A DNA stretch of 64,000 bases from Schizochytrium sp. TIO01 (taxonomy: Eukaryota; Protista; Bigyra: Labyrinthulomycetes): positions 5,372,862 to 5,436,861 of the forward strand of contig SMSO01000025.1 in the NCBI GenBank assembly GCA_004764695.1, read 5' to 3'. A model generated the notes under the pieces. The model was not told the DNA's origin. It saw only the letters and a list, made by a program, of their open reading frames with translations, and ran no database searches. Shown in pieces: positions 1-11,411 of this stretch. Each line of letters begins with the position of its first letter. Positions within the stretch are counted from its first letter, which is position 1. Made by a program: the position numbers and the translations under genes.

Positions 1-1
1 G

Positions 2-1969
2 AATATCAACTATCGACTCCTACATAAGATGTGGAATGCTTTTGTTAATGGGTTCCATCGAAGTGATAACCCATTCAAGACATTCATCAAAATGCACACA
101 CAGGTACAACTTAAAAATGCTCTAGAGGCCTATGTTGGTCTTCTCAAGGTTACACCCTGTTCGGGTTTACCATCAAGGCTTCGTCAAGGTGAACTATCGC
201 AATCCTTCAATCTTGCAGTGCAGAAGATCATTGAGGAAGGAGAAAGCTCGATGCAACAAAATGAATCAGTTCAAGGTAGTAACACCACTACTGAGATCTT
301 TCAAGAACAAACAATTGTTACTACTAGAACTTATATGCGCCAAGTTTCTCATTCAAAGGAAGGTGAAGCAGATGGAAACAGAGGTATTACACATGAGCGT
401 AGTGCAAACATCAGTACCGGGTCAGTCAACCCGAATGAAGACATTCATTCTGCCACGTTAGATACTAATAAAGCTGTGTCTATGATTAGTACAAGTATCA
501 ATCAGCCAGAGAGTGGAGATATAGGTCCACAGCTGGACACCCCTCAACAAGATGACGAGCATGTTCAGAATGTGGATGAGTCTGAGCTCAATATTATCGA
601 TAACCTTCAAACTACTATCGATGGAGAAGCCAGCGATATTCAAGATGATAATCCGACTAGTACGCGTGAATGGGTGCTTAAGTTGAATCCAGAACTGTTT
701 GATGCAGTGAGACAAGCGCCTAAGAGTGGAACAGGTCGTATCAAATGGCCATTTGTTTATGCCCAGTGGAGACGCATAGGGCTTCCAGTCCACATGAATA
801 CTAGCGTATATCACTCCTATAACAATTCTCTTAAGTTTAAACGCAAGAGAGATGCTCAAAAAAATAAAAATAGTCTGCGAAACGCCGTGATTCGCGCAGA
901 CAGTGATTCTAGGATCCACGAAAATATGTCTTGCTCAATCCACAGAGAAGAAACACTCAGAATTAACAACTCGACTGATTTGGAGGAGGGATTGGAACCT
1001 CTAGTAGCACTTTCTAACATAGTTCCTCCCGCTCCTGATGATGAAATTGATAATAGTTTGATTTCTCAAAATACAAATAAGAAGATAAATGCGCCTGTAC
1101 CACCTGGAAAAAGAAGAAAACTCAGGAAAACAGCTTCGGCATCTTCTAGTAGTAGCGAAGAGGAAGATAGTACACAGGATCAACCACCTTCTCAACCTCA
1201 GAGAAATTTACATACAGAAAAGCCTGGTTATCAAAATCTATCAATTCCAGAAAATGCTATAACTTCACAGATTTTGGGCCAGGTGCAGCAACAAAAAAGC
1301 AATAGTGTGAATATAAATGAAGGGGACGATCTTGCTTCTCTCCAAAGTCTAGATGTGAGCGATGCGGATAATGAAAGAAATGGAAATGAAGATGTACAGG
1401 ATGCTGATTTGAACAAAAATATACTTAGAAGGTCTCGAAGATTGTATGTATTAAGTTCAAAAGAAGACAGAACCTCTGCTACTCCCAAATCAGGCGTGAT
1501 TGAAAATCAAGAGCGTCGTATCGCCAGCACAAGCTCTGCACAAGGTACAAGAGATGGCGGCGACGTACAGAAGCACAAGCAGCAAATTGTTAAAACCTGT
1601 TGTACGCTTGGTGCTAAAGTGAAAAAGCTTTCTCAACAACTAACTTTGGAGAGCATTGCACGCTGCGAAACGGAACTCCAAACACAAGCAAGCGCAACCA
1701 GTACTACACGTCAGTTCCTTCAATTTACGGAGGATGAAGATCAGCTCATAAAACATATCTGGGGTTGCGAACAAATTTTGATACGGCCCCAACAAGGGAG
1801 AAATACCACTATTAAATGGGGACCTTTTCAAAAACGTTGGTTATATTTAGTTGCTGTTCTAAAGCTCAGCAAAGAAGGTGACAATTACAATGTTCGTAAC
1901 CGCGAGCAGTTGAGACAGCGCATGAAATACATCAATCCAAATCCAAAACAACGAAAAAGAAGAAAATAA
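2..1969 (+). CDS. 5'-truncated protein with Myb/SANT-like motifs and long low-complexity regions, possibly transposon-derived
   Basis: The frame is open from the window start (NINYRLLHK precedes the ATG at 29). The C-terminal segment FTEDEDQLIKHIW...IKWGPFQKRW...RNREQLRQRMKY resembles a Myb/SANT repeat, and a similar I-x-W/Y...W pattern recurs twice upstream. It ends in a basic NLS-like tail (PKQRKRRK). Confidence 0.5.
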   Translation, partial: NINYRLLHKMWNAFVNGFHRSDNPFKTFIKMHTQVQLKNALEAYVGLLKVTPCSGLPSRLRQGELSQSFNLAVQKIIEEGESSMQQNESVQGSNTTTEIFQEQTIVTTRTYMRQVSHSKEGEADGNRGITHERSANISTGSVNPNEDIHSATLDTNKAVSMISTSINQPESGDIGPQLDTPQQDDEHVQNVDESELNIIDNLQTTIDGEASDIQDDNPTSTREWVLKLNPELFDAVRQAPKSGTGRIKWPFVYAQWRRIGLPVHMNTSVYHSYNNSLKFKRKRDAQKNKNSLRNAVIRADSDSRIHENMSCSIHREETLRINNSTDLEEGLEPLVALSNIVPPAPDDEIDNSLISQNTNKKINAPVPPGKRRKLRKTASASSSSSEEEDSTQDQPPSQPQRNLHTEKPGYQNLSIPENAITSQILGQVQQQKSNSVNINEGDDLASLQSLDVSDADNERNGNEDVQDADLNKNILRRSRRLYVLSSKEDRTSATPKSGVIENQERRIASTSSAQGTRDGGDVQKHKQQIVKTCCTLGAKVKKLSQQLTLESIARCETELQTQASATSTTRQFLQFTEDEDQLIKHIWGCEQILIRPQQGRNTTIKWGPFQKRWLYLVAVLKLSKEGDNYNVRNREQLRQRMKYINPNPKQRKRRK

Positions 1970-2006
1970 AGAAAAGAAAGAAAGAGAGAAAGAAAGAAAG
2001 AAAGAA
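1965..2006. repeat. (GAAA)n microsatellite
   Basis: Run of gaaa/gaga units directly after the stop codon of the first ORF. Confidence 0.85.
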
Positions 2007-4033
2007 CCTTGCCAATCTCAGCCAATGAACCTATCTCTCATGGTACCCTATATACTTCTAGAAAACGAAAAGTCGATTTTTTAAATTAAAAACTTTTTCA
2101 GGGTTTTTCTTTTTGGGCGTCTTTTATTAAGAAATTTGGCCATTCCAAGGCTCAAATCGGGCGGGGCGGCCAAAAAGTTTACCTACTTTCTCCCTCCAGG
2201 GAGAAAATTAAAAGAAAATTAAAAGAAAATTTTAATTTAAAAATTTACCTACTTTTGCCCAATCTAAGTACCCTACCTAGCGGCTGCCTAGACATAGGTA
2301 GTAGAAGCAATAGAGGTAGCAGGTACACACGCGACGGTCCAGCAACGGTGACTGAGGTTTTTGCGTGAAGACAAAAGGTTACTACGCATACATCACAGAG
2401 ATATGATGGGTTGCCAGCGGCAGCCGATGTAGTACTGCGTTATTACAGTCTTTCTATTCAAGGCTTCTACTAGCGTTCTTTTCGCTTTAAGCTGGGTACA
2501 GGTGACAGTCCACTCAGAAAACTGGTAAATTATTATCTATCATCAGTCGAGCATCGTATTTAGTGATTTTGAAACGATGCAATCATATCCTTGTTTCAAA
2601 ATCTCGGATGTAGCAAAACAAATCAACTTTTTGCCGTGTGTACCTTGCTTGATGTTAGGAAACGAGCGATTTTTTCGTCACCTTCAAACCACATTATAAT
2701 CATATTGGTTATAGACAGAATGTTTCGGGAACTTAACCGAGCAAGTGGTTTCATTGATTGCAGTGTCTACCAACTCAAGCCAGAGCCATATTACGAATTC
2801 GAACCTTCTCGGAATATTGACAGACTAGCGCTAAGTCCTACCGAAATTCCAATTATCGTTTTGATCCTTCGTTTTAAGCACCTCCAACCTCTGTAATCTC
2901 CTTAAAGATCAACTTTGATCGAATTTAAGTTTTTTTGGGTCCATCCAGAACAACTCTGAGTCGGTTCTTGCATCCCTTGTCTCCATGATTGCACAGAAAT
3001 ATGATCATTAGTCACAGCCTATGAATACCAGCCCCTTTTGCTTGGGGACAAACTGCTCAGCTTTACATCAAATCAAAGTAGTCAGATGAGATCTTCTCCT
3101 AGAGTTCGTCCATCCCCGGTAGGCTATGGTATATTAGTTTAGTTTGTTTCTGGAGCCTTTGCCTCTGTGAAGAGTCATCATGAAAGTAGCACTAATTTCA
3201 GTAACGTGCAGGTACCCCTCTCAAAGAATGCAGTTGAGGGTCGCACAACATTAGAGTTACATTTTTGTTCCGAAAAGCAAGATTACGCAATATTTTTGAG
3301 CTTTTAATCCCAGAACGTTTCTTCGCTTAACTTCGTGCTCCTTCGTTGTTCTTCAGAGTAGGCAATTGCATATTATGAGAAATCTAGGTTGTATGATGTA
3401 ATGCAGAATTGTTCATCTTCATTTCATAGGACATTCCCAGTCGTAGCACTTTGAGGCTACGCTGACGAGCATGCAGATTGGCCCAGAACGAGCAGCGAAC
3501 GAGCAGCTATGCTACTACCTACCTATGGATCCGTAGTGAAGGGGGTATTCTGCAACTATATCAGGAGCTGCACATACTCTTGCATGGATTTAACAAAAGA
3601 GTTCTTGAATTTTTAAATAGTATAATTTTATGATACCCCCACCCCCCCACCCCCATTGTATCACATGAGACGGTGCGGAAACAAGGATTCTCATGACAGT
3701 TGGCTGAAACCAAGCTCGTGGCGCTATGATTTGACGACATCAGGCGTTTGCTGGTATGACAAGTTGTGGCAACTATGAGAAGAACGATTGTCTTTGCAAC
3801 AAACGTTTGCTGGGACAGCTAGGTTGCAGCAAACCTTCAATTCAACTCTTGTTTGTTGCAGGGAAGACCACGAGACCACACTGGAACTCCTTAGACGCGT
3901 GGACAAAGCAACGAGTAGGGCTTGGTCTTGGACACAACAGAAGAGAAAAAAGTATAAAGAAAGCATATCTGCATACAGCTGGAAGACATTCTGCCATTAA
4001 GAGAGGGAAGTGAGTCTTGAATCAAGGTGAAGA

Positions 4034-4735
4034 ATGAAGAAAGCCATGTCTCCACTACTTCACTGGACGCCACGCGTATTCCCCCCGCATGAGGTGCTCC
4101 AAGGTAAGATTTGTCGACTTGAACCGCTGAGCTTCAAAAAGCATTGCGATGGCTTGTACAAAGCGCTTGAAGGGCCTGGTTCTGATCCTGTTCTTTACGA
4201 ATACCTTCTGAATGGTCCATTTGAAGAACGCAGCAAATTCGATGAGTGGGTCACTCAAATGGTCGGCTCAACTGATCCTCAATTCTATGCAATCATTGAA
4301 AATGAGTCGAGTCTCGTTATGGGGCTGATATCACTCCTATGCATTGACAAAAACAATGGCGGCATCGAAATTGGCCACGTTGTTTTTGGCGCCAATATGC
4401 AGCGCAAGCCATTTGGGACGGAGGCTATCTATCTCCTTGGCAAGCTCGCAATGGACGACCTAGGGTACCGTCGCCTTGCGTGGAGATGCCACAATGAAAA
4501 TCAACGCTCTAGACGCGCTGCACAGCGCTTCGGATTCACATTCGAAGGCGTTTTCCGGCAGCATTACGTTTGCAAAGATCGCAATCGCAACACAGCATGG
4601 TTCTCCATCATTGATAGCGAGTGGCCTGTATGCCGCAATGCCTTTGAGAAGTGGCTTGCTCCTGAGAATTTTGACGCGGAAGGGTTGCAAGTTCAAACAC
4701 TCGATGCTATCCGGGCATCTTTAAAATCTCTTTAA
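4034..4735 (+). CDS. GNAT-family N-acetyltransferase, RimJ/RimL-like (Acetyltransf_3), bacterial type
   Basis: 233-aa intronless ORF with IEIGHVVFG..MQR...GTEA, LGYRRLAWRC...N..SRRAAQRFGFTFEGVFRQH..KDRNRNTAWFSIIDSEWP, typical of this subfamily. The start could instead be the ATG at 4046. Confidence 0.9.
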   Translation: MKKAMSPLLHWTPRVFPPHEVLQGKICRLEPLSFKKHCDGLYKALEGPGSDPVLYEYLLNGPFEERSKFDEWVTQMVGSTDPQFYAIIENESSLVMGLISLLCIDKNNGGIEIGHVVFGANMQRKPFGTEAIYLLGKLAMDDLGYRRLAWRCHNENQRSRRAAQRFGFTFEGVFRQHYVCKDRNRNTAWFSIIDSEWPVCRNAFEKWLAPENFDAEGLQVQTLDAIRASLKSL

Positions 4736-7141
4736 AGCACTATTCGTGAATGCTAGAAAGTATAATCATTGGCCAAAGACCTCGCTTAAGTTTGCATTAC
4801 TTAAGCTTCATTCGGCTCCACAAGAATATTAGAATTACATCATGTCTATTATGCTGATATTAAAATAGTGTACTGTGTTGACTCATTTTGTAGTCAAAGT
4901 TCTTCTTCGAAGAATCCCTCCTACCTAAATCCCTTTACACTTGTATTTATTTGCCTTGCGACTTTCTTCACGGTGTCCAGACCATTCAAAATTTGCTTTC
5001 ATTATTTCTTGCCTGAGCATGTCGACATGCAACGTACTATCTGAAACAACGTCAAGGAGGCAAAGTGTCCACTCCATGGGACCTCTCTATCATGAGTTTC
5101 AGACAAAGCACGCTCCAAACCGTGGCAATGCCTTGAGTTCAGAGATATGTTTTGCCTTGTGTTGACAGACTTTCAAATTTTTCTTATGGAGGTCCTCTTC
5201 CTCCATTACGCATTCAGTCTTTGTTTCTAGTTTCTAAAGCATAGTGATGATACTATTTTCGATGTTAAAGCAAAGTCACTTTATATGACATGGTCGTTAT
5301 CCAAGGAAAACTCCAGCAAGGTCCGACAGACGATGCTCTTTATAAAGTTATGAATTTCACTCTTCAATAGAATGGAGAGCTGAGTGTTTCTTTCTACCTG
5401 CTAGTGAGTTACCAACCCTGCCTGCACTTACATTATAGGGTTAATTCCCTCAGAGTGCTAGATTTACAGCTGACTAAATGTTTCGACGAATTTTGGTTGT
5501 CCCTTTCAGGTATCGCGTGATGCACCAGAAAACAGTCAGTTGTCAGGCCGCCTGGAGTCAGCTTTAACATTCTGTCTGAAAGAAAGACATAAAGCCTGAG
5601 ATGTGCGGCCCAGATCAGTCGTTGAACGACACTATCGCCATTAATCTATCACTCTGAGCCAGTCGAATATAGAAGCTTCCCAGCAACCAACATCAGCGCC
5701 ATCATGGAGTGAGATTTCCTTAAGTTCTCAGCCAATGTCATTAGAGTTGGCCTTGATCCAAACTAACAAACATATAACTTTGTCTTTCTCGCATCCAGAA
5801 TTGTTCCTCAGTGCCACTGCAACGCCACACGCTATTTATTTCAAGGAAGATGAATGCTTGCAAATCTAGCAAATTGAGTGAAGAGCAAGGCAACGCAGCA
5901 CGCCTCAAGACAACCTTGGCGGAATCTACAGGACGACCTTTTCCCTCACACCGACCCCCGAAGCTCTGTTCCGCCTATTCGCTTCCACCCTTCCAAGTCG
6001 TCACCATGCTACTCATCTTCTTTTCTTTTGAAGTACGCACCACTAGACCTTGTCTTGGCATCCACGACCTCCTCGCCCTCTGCAAATGGCGCTGGTTCAT
6101 ACCAAGCCCCTAGTAAACCCCATAGGAGCCATTGCGACTGTATGAATTTTTGTATGTGTACCAAGTAACAAATGGAAATGACAGCCCTTGGTACGAAAGT
6201 GAAGGGATCTTCCTACTGCCGCTCGTGTTCTGGTAGATCAATTCGGCTTTGCTTGTTCCTGAAGCACTCCTCCTCGCGCTGTCACTGCCAAGCTCACTCG
6301 AAAATCTCATTGCTGCTAGCGGCTCGCCTTCTGAACTCACTTCCTGGCCCAACTTGAATAGCAGCGAAGAGCGGGGGACTGAGCACATAGGCAAGCGCCT
6401 CTTCGAGACTACCTTTTGGGCGGCGCGGGAAATAGTTAAACTGGGCACAGCAGGTTGCACAGAGCGACCAGGAGCGGGACGAGCGAGCACCGCGGCGGCC
6501 GTGGAATCCCGCTGGAGCTCGCTCCACACTCTTTCATGGCAGGCCGGCTGCCATTTCAAAGTGACTCGGCCAACTTAGCTCGAGCCGCTTGGCTCCCGGC
6601 GGCGGAGCTCATGCGGCTGGATATCCGTCACTTGAATTCGTCTCGAATAAATGAGTCAGGCTCAGTCAGACATCCTGGCACCTCCAGGCAGGCAGCTGCT
6701 CCAAGGCCCCGAGGCCCGAAGGCTCGAGGGCTCGAGGTCGCACGGGCGCGGGAAGCGCAGCAGGGCCAGGTCGGAGGCGATGGCGATGCGGGCGCCCGCC
6801 ACCCTGCCGACTTGAAGCCAAACGCCGGCACGCGAAGCTTGAACGAAGCTCCTACGAAGCAGCTCGGCGCGAGGACAGTCCGTCAAGAAAGACACAGCCA
6901 GACAGCCAGACAGCCAGACATCCAGGTTGAACGAACACTGAAAAGTCAACTTCGAAGGAGCGTTTGCCCATACGGACGAGCCGAAGTACAGCCGGGTGGG
7001 TACCTGAAACGTGCACGCGGGCGGAGGCGGCGCAGGGCGCCCTGCGTACGCATCTACGCACGAAGGCCAGCCCGGCCGCGAGCTCCATTCGCGCCGCGGC
7101 CTCTGCTGCGAGCCCGCGGCCTGGAAACCAACCCCAAGATC

Positions 7142-7192
7142 GGCAGCAGCGGCAGCATTGGCAGCATTGGCAGCATTGGCAGCATTGGCAGC
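7142..7192. repeat. (GGCAGCATT)n short tandem repeat
   Basis: About 5 copies of a 9-mer inside a GC-rich intergenic tract. Confidence 0.8.
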
Positions 7193-7687
7193 GGGCTGAG
7201 GACCTGCCTGCCTACCTACCTGGGCGTGTGATCCTCCAGCCGCGCGAGGGACCGACGCGTGCCAGGCATGCCGAATCTGCGCTGGGAGCGCGGGCGGGCT
7301 CCGCGACTTCGTCTTGGGTCTGCCGGCTCGCCTCCGAAGGGCACGAGGAAGCACGCGCTGACGGCCACACAGACACTCGTCTACGGGAACCCGCGCTCCC
7401 AAAAGCAATTCGTCTGGTCAGAGTCGACCCTCGGGTTGACAGGAGCAGGCAGGCAGGCAGGCAGCAGGTGCGGTGCCTGCGTAAGGGCGGGCGAGCAAGG
7501 GAAAGTACAAGTTGAAGGCAAGTTGGACTTGGGCGATGATGATGGGGAGGATGGTGATTAGGGTGGCGGAGCGTGCTCTGTTCTGTCTGGGTTGGAAGAG
7601 AGAGGAAAGTTAGGAAGCTGGAATGCAGCGGCGAGGGAAATAAATGTCTTGGGCCGCTGTGCGGTAGGGGGGTGGGATTAATTGAGC

Positions 7688-7722
<35 letters not shown>

Positions 7723-8469
7723 AGCGTCTCGCAGGAACAGGTGCTTCTCGAAGCTGAAGAGGACTCTCGGAAGGTTATTTTATTCTTAACCTTGAGAGAA
7801 GTAGTAGAGCCCGAAGATCTGCAAGATGTACGAGGCATTTGTTTGTTCTGACAACCCGCGTTTTATTCTTGGAAAGTTTCTTCCGCAACTGAGTTTGCTC
7901 AAGAATTAGCGACTTTCTGATGAATGATCGATCGATCATACAGAGCTTGCAAGAAACAACTGACACCCGTGCAGTAAATTCCTACTTCGTGAAACTCTGA
8001 GCCTCCTGTAGCACTTAGTGCAACCATTCTCTATGCGCTGAATTGGAAACACGCAAACTTAAAAGCTTTTGCCTATTATCTGAACACCATAATAAAAGAA
8101 TGGATTTAACAACCTTGGAAGGACTCTATAAAGGCTTAGATAACCATGAAAAAGGCATTTGAGTTAGCCCCAGTTTCAGAGCTTGCTACAATTTGATTTT
8201 TATGTCTCCTCACATCAAGACTGTAAGCTCTTAAGTGATAGAGATATTCTAATTGACTCATAAGAGAATCCTCCGCTAGTGTCCTGCTAGATTAGAAGCA
8301 CGTCGCCTTCGCTAAGAGCGGGTCAGTTGAGGATATAAAGAGGTCGTTGATCAAACAAAGCATACTCCAGCAAATCCGCAACAGCAAAACCGAAACTACA
8401 ACAGCATCAAAAGCATCAAGTATAACAAGCTACCGTCTGTCAAGTGAAGGAGAGACTGTGCTACGAACC

Positions 8470-9588
8470 ATGATGCTACGCTACCTCGCGCTTGCCACTG
8501 TGTTTGCCTTGTGCAGCACGGTGCAAGGTGACTATGTGAATCTTGAAGTAGTTACCAACGATTATGACAACATCACCAGCATTCTACCGAAGCTCTTGGT
8601 GAAAGCCAAGACAACCTGGAACAGTATTATCAAGACAAGGCATGATAACTTCACCTTCACAAAGAGCGTCAACCTCAACAACTACTGCAGCATTGACTAC
8701 ACAATCGAGTCTGGCACTGAGATTGAGAACTTGCTCGTTCTGATTCAATTTATCGAAACAGATAGCAAGTACATTGCCTCATCCGAGATCTGCGCATTCG
8801 CAGAGACTGACGGCACCTACTTTCCTCGTATCGGTCTCATTACAATGGATGTCAGCAAGTCAGAAGAGCAAATCAAATACGTCCTTGATAACGTCATGGA
8901 GCATGAGATTGGCCACATTCTTGGCCTTGGCCCCCTCTGGAACAGCTATGGACTTGTTGAAAGTGGAGCATACACTGGCTCTGGAGCAGTATACGGCTAT
9001 GAGCAAGTCGGAGCGTCAGATGGGGTGGAAAGCGTGCCCGTTCAGACAAGCGACAACTCCGCACTTATGCACTGGGATGACACGATTCTCGGCACAGAGC
9101 TCATGACTGGCCGCATGAACACCCACATCCAGCCTTTGTCATTGATCACTGCCTATGCCCTCACCGATATTGGCTACGAGATTTACTCCAACTACGCAGA
9201 CTCCTTCACGCTTCTTGAGGATGGCCCGGGTAACGACACCTACAAGGTTTGGATTGACTTGTTTCATGACTACACAGCTTTTGACTCGACCGAGACGGTG
9301 CCTGTCCTTTCTAACGGCAAGATCGCCTCCAAGTCTGTCACATTCTCTACTTCAGATTCCACCACCTCTACCACCACCACATCAACGGATGATCGCCCTA
9401 GCACCTGGGAGCTTGTTATTACAGTACTGTTCGCTGTAGTTGTCGTTGCCTTGTTCGCTACTTGTGGTGTCTGCCTCTACCGCCGTCGCAAGATGAGGCG
9501 CAACGGTGACCCTACTGACCCGACGAAGTTTGATGACTCTGGAAACCCCCCTGTGCACCAGAACAGCAATGCGATGAATGCTGTCTAA
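8470..9588 (+). CDS. Leishmanolysin-like (peptidase M8, metzincin) type-I membrane metalloprotease, copy 1
   Basis: Signal peptide from MMLRYLALATVFALCSTVQG (ATG 8470; the track's TTG start at 8347 is rejected). HEIGH zinc motif, HW third ligand, ELMTG Met-turn, S/T stalk, PSTWE + TM helix, cytosolic tail ending NAMNAV. Confidence 0.88.
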   Translation: MMLRYLALATVFALCSTVQGDYVNLEVVTNDYDNITSILPKLLVKAKTTWNSIIKTRHDNFTFTKSVNLNNYCSIDYTIESGTEIENLLVLIQFIETDSKYIASSEICAFAETDGTYFPRIGLITMDVSKSEEQIKYVLDNVMEHEIGHILGLGPLWNSYGLVESGAYTGSGAVYGYEQVGASDGVESVPVQTSDNSALMHWDDTILGTELMTGRMNTHIQPLSLITAYALTDIGYEIYSNYADSFTLLEDGPGNDTYKVWIDLFHDYTAFDSTETVPVLSNGKIASKSVTFSTSDSTTSTTTTSTDDRPSTWELVITVLFAVVVVALFATCGVCLYRRRKMRRNGDPTDPTKFDDSGNPPVHQNSNAMNAV

Positions 9589-11411
9589 AATGTTAATTGA
9601 TCCAGTACTTGAGCCGTTCCGTGTCTGTAAAGACAAAATTTCTTTGCAGACTTCTTGCAGATATGCGCCTAGCTAGTACCATGATTCCTTTTTGATAATT
9701 TCGTGCCCTGCAGCACACGTCTCTTATTCGATCAAATAACTTTTAAAAGTCATCTTCATAAAATCCCCTAGAACATCACGTTTCGTCTTTTCTAATTTCT
9801 TTTTGCTTGCCCTCTTTTCCGCCTTGCAGCTATGCTACTGTTAGTAAGAAGACTCACAGCTTAATTCAAAGTGGAGATTGCGATACTATCCAGCTCCACT
9901 GGCACATCTTCAGCTCGAGAGCCTTGGTTGCAGGACTGGAGCGAAGTTCCACCTCGCACGCCCTGGCACGAGCCGAGCTCTTGATTGGCGAATGCAGCAT
10001 AGAAATCTAGATAGTTCAATCTGCGGAGTTGTCGTTCTTTTCGAGAGAAGGCGCGTGTTGATGGAAATTCGCAAGATTGATCCGCCTCAAGATCAATTCA
10101 GAATCTGCGATTCAGCACTTGGTTCTGCATGTTAAAAAATTTAAAAAAAAAGATGCACTTGTCTATGCCCTCCGTCCGAGCCCAACTTTCTCGTCTTTGG
10201 CTCCGTAACTTTTAGATTTGTAGCTCATGCGTTATTGGAAAGTCAAACTGCATTCCCGCTTGGCTTTTTCACCTTCTCGCCGAAAAGCAATAAGAATAAG
10301 AATAAGAATAAGAATGAGAAAATTCGCAGGCTCACAAGATCTACTCAGCCAACTGTCGCACTCATGGAAACCCTTGTACGGGGAAACTCGTTCTAGATCC
10401 GTGCTGCGTCGCTCTACTTCAGCTGATACCCTTATTATTATTATCACTCAGACAATTCAACTATGCTTCTAGTGGGGCTGTAGTAGCAAGCCTCAAGTAC
10501 GCATGGCCATTGTAGTAGTCACTTTATGCTTCCTGACATTGTGGACATACTGTTTTTCCTCCTTATCCTTTACCATTCGGCCGTAGCTATGCGCGTGTGA
10601 AGTTTCTGTGGGAACTGCGGGGGGACCCGCGTACGGCAATCCGATGGAGGACTTCGCCAAGCTTGACTAGATAAGACTGTAGAATCCAATGGAAATAAGC
10701 CTCATGCTGGTTGTCCAAATGGTACCAGCGCCTCATTCTGGCGCGTGCTTTGAGCATAAAGTAATGACACTAGTCTAATATATTCATTCCCCTTGCTATT
10801 AGGAGGAAGACGAGGGGAATGCAACGAGATCCGTTCAGCGGCAGGCGCTTGAAAAGGAGACCATGCACTACTAAGGGAGTATATATTAGTGAAGAGTTTT
10901 CCACTCGAAAGCTTAGCAACTGTCGATTCTATTCCATACTCTATTCCACTTCTTGAAGGAAAATTTTGAAGCAAATCATCGCCCACGAGTTATTTTGAAA
11001 TGTAATGTCGTCATGATCTTGCGAAACGAGGCAAAAACAAACTTCACCAAGCCTCCTGAATTTGTATCTATATCATTTTCTTGATTTGATAGGATAATCA
11101 GCCAGGGTTTGTTTGATTTCAATCCGAGTGTCTGAGAAGTAGATACTAAGAGCTGAATCTTAATCGCGTTTAGCTTTTCTATTGTCGCTGAGCAAAATGG
11201 ATGCAAAGAACAAGCTGCAATTAGAGAGATAATATGTCGATACTTGCTCTGCTCTGTATAGCTTGTAGGATAACTAGTGATCGTGTTGCACTAATGAGCT
11301 TGGGTTGCAATTTGCCATCTGAGAGAAGCAAACCCCAATCTCCAAACCCCAAACGCCAAAGAATAAAACAAAGTCACAAATACTTTGTTGTAAACCCTTG
11401 GCAAGCCTAGC

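Noticed and set aside
6110-7851. Cluster of overlapping 60-258-aa ORFs on both strands in the GC-rich tract
   Set aside because: Arg/Ala/Pro-rich translations with no recognisable motifs and partly driven by short repeats; expected by chance in stop-poor GC-rich DNA. The same applies to 12891-15229, 17851-19073, 21892-23144 and 26135-26722.
8347-8469. N-terminal extensions of protease copies 1, 4 and 7 given by the ORF track (starts 8347, 19191, 34200)
   Set aside because: They use non-ATG starts. The downstream ATGs (8470, 19215, 34371) begin proper signal peptides and match the paralogues.
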